Positions 14,001-26,000 of a stretch of 64,000 bases of DNA are shown piece by piece. This DNA is from Phoronis australis (lineage: Eukaryota; Animalia; Phoronida), in assembly GCA_002633005.1 (NCBI GenBank), contig NMRA01000012.1, positions 1,705,837-1,769,836 on the forward strand, in the 5' to 3' direction. Under the pieces are notes generated by a model. The model was not told the DNA's origin. It worked only from the letters and a program-made list of their open reading frames with translations, and did not search any database. A program made the translations under genes and the position numbers. How positions within the stretch are numbered: position 1 is the stretch's first letter; every line of letters starts with the position of its first letter.

Positions 14001-17000
14001 CTCTGGCTTTACCAAATCATTGGACCCTGAAATGAAAATGCACATTTTTATCTAAACAAGTAATCAAGACAAGCTATAACACAAGGAACAGTGCAGTGGC
14101 ACACGATTTCTAAGTACTTAGTTTTTGAACACATTATCATTTAAGGACAACTACGCCTGATATTTGTGTAACTGTAATTATGCTGTTTAAATGTAACACT
14201 TATTGCAATCCCAGAAAAAAGTGGGTGCATTTTACCCTCCATATTGCATGACAAACCGTAATAATGTCATAGTACCAGTATATCAACTTAACAATGTCTG
14301 CCCTGATCACCAGCATATCATAAAATCTACTGATTTATCAATAAAAGTAGTCAGCCGAAATTGTTTAAAAAAAGTTTTCAATGGTTTCAAAGGATTGACA
14401 ACTTCAGCAGGTTAGGGATCGTTTGCAGATATCACCATTCTCACAAGCATGCAAACTGTATGACTTGAGATGGAGGGAGAGAGTCGGGTTTTGCTGGTAG
14501 AGTACTGGACTACTAACATCACAAAAATGGCAGTGTTCTCCACACTCAAAAACTCAAACAGGTCGCACTCACCACCACTTTATGCAGTATGGGTATATCA
14601 TAGAGAAGACACAAAAAAGATACTTTTTTGTTTAAAATTAAAGAATCGATTGTGTTGTATGCTATCTAAACAGGTCGGAGGCAAAATCAAACAGGTGACC
14701 TGTTAAAACAGGTCATGTAGAACACTGAATGTCGATGTCAAATAATAGAAATTAACATTAAAAACATGAGAATATAACCAATGGAGTTAATGTCTCCTGG
14801 ACACAACCAGGCAAAAACATTAACGTGAAGAATTGTTCAATAATACTGTTTTACTTTTATACCATGCCACCATACAAACCGAGACTGGAAAAACAAGTTT
14901 GAAGCACGCTGCAGTTTAACAGATCCAAAAACAGACTTTTTAAAAATATCGTCATTTTTGTATGCTTTTGGAGACTGAGGGAGGAGAGTTGAGAAAAGCA
15001 TACCGTTTGTAGTCTTGTGAAAATGGTGATAGTTCTAAATGACCCCTTACTACATCACAAATTCTGACTTCGGGCAGTAAGTTTTAATAACCTACAAACC
15101 AGTTTAAGATGGATATACAGTTACCTGTGATTATCATGAGTAAAATTCAAAACAAAAGACATATCCTGAAGTTTCATAGTGGCCTTTGCGATTCTGTGAT
15201 TTTTACCCAAAATGCTGGTCACTAGGTGGGCACTTATTCAATAGTTGCATAATGCAACCATGCTAGTCACTGTTTTAGAACAAAATCATTCCGATGTTCA
15301 TCATTCCAAATTTTACTGTTGCATTGTGAGTTGCGACGTGGGCCCCAAAAATTGACAAAGTGCAATATTACATTCTTTTCAAGTCTGTCTCAGCAGAAAA
15401 CCGTCAAAGATATAATGGTTCAAAGTGTAAGACTATTACGTACACAATACATTTTACTTCCACCGTGTAAGAGGAGAGTTGAATTGAGAAGTGACTATTC
15501 CCCTGCACTTGCCAACAAATCATCCATTATTTACCCTACATTTGTACTAAAATACCATGAACAAAGATACATCGTTCAATCTGCCACACATGGGCCGAAA
15601 AGGACAGAAAACCAGCAATCAGTAAGTTGATTTCAGTAACCAGGATCCATAGAGAGCGTGGCTTAAAGTTGACAATGAGCCCATGGATCAATGAATTCCT
15701 TTGTGTCTCAAGAGAAAAACAAATATCATTGAACAGAAAATTGAACCGCTTCAAGTCACTTCCAAAGTGAGACTAGATATATTTCAGTGACACTGAATGC
15801 CTGTGAGCATAAGGTGTATCACATGATATGACCACTCTAAATTGATGCACCACTGAACATGAAATGATTAAATTAAAGTTCATTCAACAATTCCTCCAGG
15901 TGATTTTAATCCATGTTGTTATGAAAAAAATCTTCAGTTAAGGCTAGAATATGGCAGGAAAGTGGAATTTCATTTTCTCAACAGATATAAACCAACCTTC
16001 CATCACGGAAATCAACCATTGATATAGACCCCTTAACATGACGGAATGGCCTCAACTTGTACCTTAGTCAAATCACAGGTGCTTCCAGGGCTTCACAGTT
16101 TGTTAATGCTTGAAAAAGGCTCTACTAGTTACCTTGACCATTTCATTTTATACGACAGAGCATGATCTTAAGAAAGAATGAAATGTCATCGCTTATCAAA
16201 GCAAGAAATCACTTCTAATCTATGCAAGGAACAACATGAGCCCAAATTTATAGCCAAGAATGGTCTAATGCAAGTTTGCTTCTTGGACAAAGCGCAGGTT
16301 TGTAGCTTTAAGAAAATTTTACTGTGAGTCTATGTGGTAACGATGTCCTCAAAGAGCATTTGGTTAAAATTTGACTGTGACAATGTTGTAAACTTGAGTT
16401 CAAGAAAAATCCAAAAACTGATGTTTTAACAATGACTTTTGACCAGAACTGAAGAATTTCTACTATACTTAACCTCCTTAATCTGAGTATGATACAAAAA
16501 GATTTATGTGTCACACAAAGAAATAGACATATGAATATTCTTAACAAGACAGAAGTTAATTGACATTAATAGACACTAATTACCAGTGAAACAGACAGTT
16601 GAACAACTAGGGGCTAAACTGTATGGTAGTTTTTGACAGAATATGAGGTGCTATAAATAAACCTCGAGTTTTTGACCAGATGTCTGACTATTATAACAAT
16701 TTACTGTCATTCTTGGTGGATTTTAGGGGACTCAGTCCTGTTGAGTAGAACACCTATTCAAAAGGGACTACCCTACCCTCATCTCACATACCGATACTCT
16801 GTTCAACTAGTAAAAAAACGGTGATTTCAACGTAACGTCAATTCACTCACAACACATAGTTTCAAGTAAAAACACAAATGCAGTGAAAATGCTGACCTTT
16901 AAGCAGTTGTCTCCTCAAGTGAAAAACCAAAGGAAGCCCTTGAATTGTCACAAACCGTGAAGTGGATGTTCACAGTGTAGCAAAATAAATGTACTTGCAG

Positions 17001-20000
17001 TTGCACTGAGTATTACAGTATATGTGCAATGCAAGTGTCAGCAAACAGGTCACAGCGACATGTTAAAACAAGTCCTGGAGAATACAGTTTTACTGATGAG
17101 GTTTTAAACACTGGTATTTTACTGTTCAGCCAACAATATCTTGTGGTAGGAAAGGTGAAGGTATTGTTAGCCATATCTATGGCAACAACATAGAGGTAAT
17201 TAAGTGAAAGGAAAAATTAGTGACAAAAAAGCCAGCATTTCCAGTTAATCTAAGAGCTAAGTTTAGTTCTGCGCATACACATTGGTATGTAAAAGTAAGA
17301 AATGAAACAAATTAAAGAGAAAAGAGTGTCAAGCAATGAGATAGAAGTTGCATGCAGTGCTACAAAATACGACAAAATAGTAAACTGAAAACTATTACCG
17401 TATCGATAATAAATTCACATATTCATTCTCATAAAGCGACAAAAACACGACTGTATGAAAATGGTAAGGAACAGCATTCACCCAAGGCCATATTTTTGCG
17501 CAATTGAGCTAAAGAAGACATACATTTAGTTTATTAAGCATGTCATCTTGGATGCAATTTTGAGAATTTGTAGTAATTTGAGCTAAAGAAATAAAAACCA
17601 CCAGACTTTCATTTCTTGGTAATCTTCTGGTATTTCATCAGATAAAAATACGGTAATTTTCCATTTACTTTGCACACTCATCTCATTTCGCACATCAAAG
17701 TGTTTTTCGGAAAAATAGTATTCTAGGTCCTCACATATTTCGCATGAGACTACTTGGTTGGATTTCTTACCTCATCTAATTGACCCACGGTCAATTTTGC
17801 ACTTTGTGAATATCAATGCAATGTTTTGTTATTAACCCTAGTAACAAACACCTCTTCAACTGTATTTAATAAGATCTGAACACTAAATTCAACCACGCTG
17901 CAGTAAACATGAAGAGTGTCCTGAATTTGTGCCATGTGACTCTGAGTCATATACTCAATACAGTGCTTCACCAAGGATGGGATAAAGTACTCTGATATTG
18001 GCACAGCATAAAGTAACTTAATTCTCATAATTGCCAATTACGAAGTCTGTGTATTGAGTTTCTTTTGGTACACTCTGGCTATCAGGAAAATAGTTTATTC
18101 TGTGCAAAATAACAGGAGAATCACCGTACCACCACGTTTGCTAATTTTCCAATAAAGAGTAAAATCTCACCAATTTCGGAAAAAAATAATGACCAAAATT
18201 GGTGATTTATTTTCAAAGTTTTTTAACTGTGTAGTAAATGGCCACATTTATTCAAAATATTGTCTGTTGGTAGATATGGGAAAGAACTTGACCATGGCAG
18301 AGCATCAGTGTGGTGCCACATATTTCTTAAAAGATGAGAAAAAAAACTTTCACTTGTCTTCCATGTTGCGTCCTACATTGGTGACATTTTACCCTAAGTT
18401 GGGCGTCATTCTGTGCAACGTAATGATTTCAGGACTGTGTTCATGACCTCAAGAAATTTAAATGGACCCCAAAAATTTCAGAAGGTGCGTGCGTTCTATC
18501 GCTGAGTTTAAAATAATGTAAAAGGCAAATCTTGAGAGGACAGACACTTTGGATGCTAACAAAAGTGCAAACACATTTACCATTTGAGCTGCCTGGAAAA
18601 CGGTAAATCGTGGACATTATTTATGTTATACAGGCATACCATACACAGAATGTCTCATGTAAATTTCTAATAGCTAAAAGTACAGGAACTATGGTGATCT
18701 ATTATTTTTGTGAACAAAATAATGTAATTGCCATAAACGGTACTTTGTGACAAAAACATAGTGCAAATCAAATAAACTATAAATTTTTGTAAAAATTTGG
18801 TTAAGAAATTTGAAAAAATAAAATTTCACATATTCAGCAGATGATGAGCTGAATAAGAGACAGCTGGCTATAGTGACAACACTGGGGCAAACACAAAAAT
18901 ACGCACCCTAATATGATTACTTCAGAGACCAACTACTGCATTAAGTCTGATTGCAATTGACCTTTTACAATGAAGAACCAAAGTCCACTGTCAATAAGCA
19001 GATAATGTCAATTACATCATAGAGGGAACATTCATCATTAGCTCAAGTGTCATACATGCCACTCAAATATCATACATGTTGCACAGAGACACAATGAACA
19101 TTATATAATTCATGTGAAGACTTAATCAGACAAAATGGAAGTTGAGGGAGTCTACACACAAATGAGCACAACATTTCATAATGAGCTGAGATCTGTTTCA
19201 TGAAAGTTCCAAGACAGAAATTCAGTGTTATGCTCCCACTTCAGAATTAGTGAACAAAGGTTTAGCCATGTAATTGTGAACAAAGGTTTAGCCATGTAAT
19301 TGTGAACAAAGGTTTAGCCATGTAATTGTGAACAAAGGTTTAGCCTTGTAATTGTGAACATCATAGTCTGAAAATAATCTATAGAAATTATAGAAACGAG
19401 CTGTTATGTGTATATTCTCAGAGTCTGCATCTGGCCTGACGTGAGACTTATTCATTTTTCAGTAATACGTAGTTGTGTGAAGCGTGACACCAAATTTCTG
19501 ACAGAATTCACAAGAGATCAGACCAGAAGGTCTGCATCTCACATTTGAGCTTCCACTGTAAATGAGACATTCTCTTCATGGTATCGTAAATTGCCCAAAT
19601 CAGTGACTGAAGCCCACGTGAATGTGTTTAAACTTAAGAAATGCCATGGACATCATTCTGCAAAGCCCTGAAAACATGCATGACCTAGTTGTAACTTGTA
19701 CATAATAAGGGAACAAAGTAAGCCACATGTTGAGTGTAGACAATTTCTAATGTCTGACCATAATATGCCAGGCCATGCATCACATACTTCAATATATTCA
19801 CGCTTAAATAACCAATACTCTACAGTGTCGTTTACACTTTATTAGTTGTTCCAGTGTGTAAACGGACTGACACAGAGCAAATTGACGCTGCGGTGACAAA
19901 TTTTTGCCACCTTTTTGTGAGGTAGAGCAATTTGCGCCCGAACATTTTGCGCCGTGTCAATTATAAGACTAAACGCGAAACTGGAGCAAGGCGGAAAGGA

Positions 20001-23000
20001 TCATCTCTACTGTGCTTGTGCAATGACCTTCATACGGGTTCTTTGTCTCTGCAACTCTCGTCATTTGTAAACCTGCGCATGTGCGATTTAGTCTCTCAGC
20101 CTGCAATTTCCGTCTTGCCATGGTAAGTGACTTGTGTGTGTAAACGGCCGCTTGACACGGGTCAGTTTGCTCCGTGTCAGTTGCGATGGGCCAAAAGTTG
20201 ATGTCTAAACGGGACTTACCTGAGTGGGTATGGACAGGAAACCTTCGGCAACATTCCTGAAAAATTGATGACAACAATATCACATGGTTTCAAACCCAAT
20301 TCGGCTGTGAACAGTCACGTTTCACCGTACTTTAATTAATCCTATACCTCGTTATTATTGCCACACATAAACTTTATTTTACATGTACTTTTAATGGTCA
20401 AACATTTAATCCTGCCAATAACTTGTACATTTGAAAGATAAAGAATTTTTGTTCTACAAGATGTTATTTTTTATGGTAAAGTATTGTCATGTACATCTTA
20501 CCTCATGCTCATATTAAATTTAAATGTAAAGCATACTAAGTGAAAATTCCTTGATTAAGGAAAGTCTCATCACTTTGTGAATGTTCAATTTTTTCGTACT
20601 TAACAGGTCAATTTTCTACACCTGCAAAATTTTCCACTCACAATTCGCAACAGTTACAATAACATAACATCATTTTAATAATATCACCCTCACACTCACC
20701 AAATGCATAAGAAAACAAATGTTTCTCATCAGATTAAACAATAATTTTTAATGGAACTGTTTGGGGATTTCATGAGCATTTCTACTCAGTTAAATTCTTT
20801 TTCTGTTGACAGTTAAGAAATAAACATCAAAAAACATTACGAGAAAGCAGAAATGTGATGACACCTTGTGGTGAGAATAAGTACCATTTTAGGACAGACC
20901 CTAGTGACTGACAACAAGTGTACATATCTGACACCTACTAGTCCTGTAAACATACGTCTAATAAAATAGCCCGAGAGCAGCAATATGTACAAGAGCAACG
21001 GGAGAGCCATGATATGCTGGTACGGATAACATTGTTCCCTACGGACATATAGGTCTTCATGTTCACACTCAAGTTGACTACCAGCAAAGCCGCTACAAGT
21101 ACACAGTACACTTTGTTGGTTGTGATTGAATAATTAATGCACATTACTATAATTCCATCCACACACACAGAGACTTACCCTAGAAAAAGTTACTCCTGGA
21201 ATTAGTTGTTGCTGTCTGGACCTTATTTAAACTAGCGCAACTTGCCCCACTTGTGACAACTTACTCCACTTTCGCTTCTAATTCCTGTGTAGCCGCAAAC
21301 CTGGGGCAAGGCGGAAGTAATTATGACCTGCGGTTGTATACAAACGGGTCGTTCTTTTTGCACTTGCATCAACAGATCATAGTCATGTACATGTACACAA
21401 AGACAACTTCTGCCTTACCCTAGTTATGGGATATGTGTGTGTGGACGCTCCACTTAAAAGTGGGCTAACTAGAGTAGGCTGTGTGTGGACGGATCTTGTA
21501 AGGCAAATTGCATCCCATGTCAGTGTGAACACAGCACTAAAGCACAACCTACCAGCAGAAGCCCCAAGACCTCCTTGAGAGTGTGGTGTACCTCTTCTTT
21601 GAGTAGCCAGCGATACTCCTGCTTCTGAAGTGGCAAGAAAGTTTAAAAGTTAGAATGTTACGTAAGCTCAACCACCGCAAATAAAGGAAAACATTAAGCT
21701 ATTTGACTCTGCTAAGACTTTTGAAAAATAGTAAGGATCTACGGTTAGTCTTCAAGCAACTCAACTAGCATTTTGGAAGTTACGCTGATGCTTACCAAGT
21801 GTCCATGTTCTCTTTAATAGCTCACAGTAAATTGCATTCCATGCATTTCGGAATACATAGAAATAATTCAGGATTAATTCCACAAACGATTGTGTCCCCA
21901 AGGATTCTTACTGACTGCGGGAATACCAGGATTTTTGTTGGCAGGCAAAGACACTATGCTACCCGTAATTGAGAAAACAAACCATGGTAACTCATGACTA
22001 AACTTTCCCCAGTATTAGTTCAGGCAAATTTGTTGGAATTCTGAATACCCAGTAAACACTGTCCAATGCAAAACGATTTTGGATAAAAATTTTAGTGGAA
22101 AAAATAACAGGATTACTTCCACTAAATTTCAAACGGGAAAAGCACTATATACAGCTTTTATACAGAGACACAACATTGATACTCTCAATATTGAACGATT
22201 TCCCAGCACACTGATCAGAAGTGTTAACCTCATACCAGTAATGATCCAAGTTCCAGTTTGTGGCAATTAAGGTCAAGCATTTTTGGCTCAAAAGGATTCC
22301 GAAAACTACATTCAAGCCAAACATGAATTGGAAGTAAAATTGTAACATCAAGTTGCATTATAACCACTGTTCTTTGTTTATTGCGACCATCTAGCAGTTT
22401 GTAGTGAAATAGGAGCATTCAAGGCAACTTCCAGTAAATAAATGGACGAGTTTACTGTCTAACTTTATTGTAGTCACAAACAAGTTTAGCGAGAGATTGT
22501 ATGTAATAGCTATGTCACCCAGTCATCTCAAACCTACGAAGGAACACGTGATGTCCGAATCATAAGGAACCCTATTTGATACCAGCTGTGCCAGTCTCTT
22601 CATAAATCTACTCAAGTACGGCATCAGCCACTGTATTAGAAGGATTACGTTACGGATTAGGAGTGTAAGTGCTGGCACCCTCTACCCCCAGCTTGCATTG
22701 TGTTTTTAGTTGCATAGTTTAGTTTTTTTAATATCCCTGCTACATTTTGATTGAAGCAAATGGACTAGACCTTAATCTGCTTTATGGACTCTGTATTCAT
22801 GTTAATAGTTTCAGCTATGTTTTTAACTTTGAGAGGGAAGATGTTATATTACGACCACTGTTCTTTTGTTTATTGAGACAACCTAGCAGTTAGCTGTAGA
22901 GTTGGAGCTACGGGAAAAGTAAGGGGAGTTGCCATAGAGCTGTGATAGACAGGAGTTTTGGAAAAGTGACACACACAAATCTAATAAGGTCAACTTCCGA

Positions 23001-26000
23001 ATTGCAAATTTCAAACTGAAACAAATCACGTAAGCGGTGATTTTTTCCATTGAAGCAATCAGTGAAGAAAATTCCCTCCACAATTTTATGATGTATAATT
23101 AGGAAAGCTGATTTGCCACATCAAAAAAGCATAACAAAGATGGCACTCGATAGTCTTTAAATTTAAGTAGCTTTTCATACATCCCACCAAATTCGGGATA
23201 ATATGTCAGCTCCGTAACCTCTGAACTTTGGTACACACTCACATTTCTGAAATAATTTAAAAATAGCAAGATACTTGTAAGATAAATTTAGTGAATTGAA
23301 GGATGTATTGATATTAGGTATTAGGACCTACAGCATGTTCTCCTATCTGTACATAAGAGTCCACTAGAGAGGAATCTCAGAATAGACATCAATAAGTCCA
23401 TTTAGCTATTCACAAAAATCATTAACTGGTCAATAGTGTATGTAACTAGGCATAACAAAGTCTATACATCTTCTCAAGAGGATTTCCCTTGAGCATCATC
23501 TGACGCACTAATTGAATGTAAAACATACCAGATTCAGTAGACCACCATGTCTCTAGGAATAACAAATTATCGTTCGCTAACACTCTCTAACACTGAACAC
23601 TGTGCGTAAAAAACAACTCAACGCAACACCAGTACACAGCATTCGTATTACTTAAAGAAGCATTTGCATACTCCTAACTATGCTAATGTATAGCAGGAAA
23701 TAAACGACAATGCCATTTGAACATCATCTATGCTAAACAAAGTGCAGTTGTCTTTAATGACAACTGGTAAATGTGAAAACAAAAAATTCTGGCTCGCATA
23801 TCCCGCATCATGCAATGTTATTGCCTAACAAAACGTTACGATACATACTGGACACTGTTGAATGATTTACAGTGGATCATTTTTATTTTTGCCAAAAAAA
23901 TCATTCTTAAAAACATTTGGCAAATTTCACATTCACATTACCCCTATATGTTGTTTATCTCACCCAACTAATCTGACCAAGCAATCACAGAGATAAGGAA
24001 TTACCCAGCAAGCACCACTTTAAAGGTCTTTCAGCAGGTATGCCATAGGTGAAGAGGCATCATGGTAATTTCCCACTTATTTAGCACAAGAATAATTTGC
24101 CAAAATTGTCATTTTTCTGTGGCTGATTATCTTGGTTTAACTGATGGAACTTCACCAAACGCTGCTTTATGACATGTACAGTGCAAACTAAGGTAACAAA
24201 TGGACAATTTTTTCATGATCTTTATTTTTGTGGTGAAATTTGGAAAAGTAGAACTTCACTTGTCAGCCCTATTGTGTACTGGATAGGTGAAGAATTATCA
24301 TACACCAGGTAAAACAGCAAAACGTGAGAATTACTTGCATGTTCAATTATAGAAGCTGCACTGCCAGAGTGAACATTGAGAAATGTCAAAAATGTCATTT
24401 CTCTCGGTGAAATTCAGACTAGACCTGTGGCTTGACATCAAGTTCAAAACATTTTTTTCAGTACAGTTCAAGCCAAAAGTAATGAGACAAAATTCTGTTT
24501 TCCCCGTTATAATGGTTAAACCTGTTAACAGCAAAAATGACTAATAATCAACAGGGTAGCAAAATTCTAATTATAGATTGGCTTCGCCACCTTACTAACT
24601 TTCTTTTCGGTAATGAAGCAAGACTACACTAAAAATTAATTCAGCTTCTGCCCAGCTGCCTCGATGGAGAATTCCAAATCATTTTGTCTGTTTAGTTTTT
24701 GACTTGTGCAGCACCAAAAATCCAACTGAAATACAGTGTTTTCACCAGTCAAAAGCAACTGAGATAGGATGAAAACTATTTCTGTAATTCTACATCTGCT
24801 TACAAGGTGACAGTAAGTCCCTGGGGGTTTTCTCTGGTAGAAGAGGTACAGAGGCCATTCTGCCCTGACATGTGACTTTTTCACTATTAAACAAATTTGG
24901 CAGAAGGGAGCATCCCCCCCTCCCCGTCAGTAAGTAAAGCAGCCAGACAGATATCATATCTGACTTGATAACATGCCTGAATAACTGGGGCACTGATAGC
25001 ACTGAAACTACCATCAGTCTTTCCATTCAACTGACCACAGCACAGACAAAGGGAATGTCTCATGTGTACAGTAGTTTTCCCATTAGGGGAACTCTGGTCA
25101 GTAATAATTCTACTTGCCTTACTCATTGACTGACAACATCAGAGTCAGATCTCTGGATTAAACACCAGATGGCATAGTTGACAAATACTTTCAAACTAAT
25201 AGTGAGGACTGGATTCAAAATCACTAAACAATTCTCAGGCAATTTACGATGAATAATTCCAGGCTGATCAGTGTTATTCACTTTCCTTTGCGTGCAACTG
25301 TTGGCCCCTAACAATCAATTTTTCTTAATTTGCTGAGACATTTCACAGATGTATAGTAACTAACTATGGCAACATACAAAAATGAATGTCTCGTAGAGTC
25401 TCGTGTGATTGACGTCGCTACCTCTAGCGATTACTGCAGTCAAAGTGGAGTTAACAATTTCACTGCATCTGAGTTGCACAACTCTGCACCTATTTTTGAG
25501 AGAAGTTAAGCATTGGCTTGTTAAGTCTGGAAGCTAAGGTTTTCATATTTTCATAAGAGTGCACCTTCGCAAAACAGGAGAGTATTGGTAGGAAAGAAAC
25601 AATAGATTCCAACCAAAGTCACATGATGAACAGAAATAATGTTTTAGAAAACAGTATAACCATTGTAGACTACAGTGCAGTTGTATTCTCTGACAACTTG
25701 CACTGTGAAAACAAAAAATACTGCAAATAGGTGAGCTTTGCACTAACGACGTACCTCGCGGATTCACATAGCCCGCATCAAGCAGTATTATTCCCTAGTA
25801 CCATGTCACGATACTTACTGGACACGGTTCAGTGACTTGTGGCAGATCATTTTCGCCACAAAATTTGTCCTTAAAAACATTTGGCTATTTCCAACCTACT
25901 TCATATTCACATCGTCGCTATATGTTGTGTTTCTCATTTGGCCAAGCAGTAACAGAGATAAGGAATTAGCCTCAAACTAACTTTGAGTTATGATTGATGA

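Noticed and set aside
19250-19360. CRISPR-like appearance of the 26-bp repeats (also the 27-bp repeats at 62501 and the degenerate repeats at 33552-33650)
   Set aside because: No unique spacers, eukaryotic context and no cas genes; these are ordinary tandem repeats.
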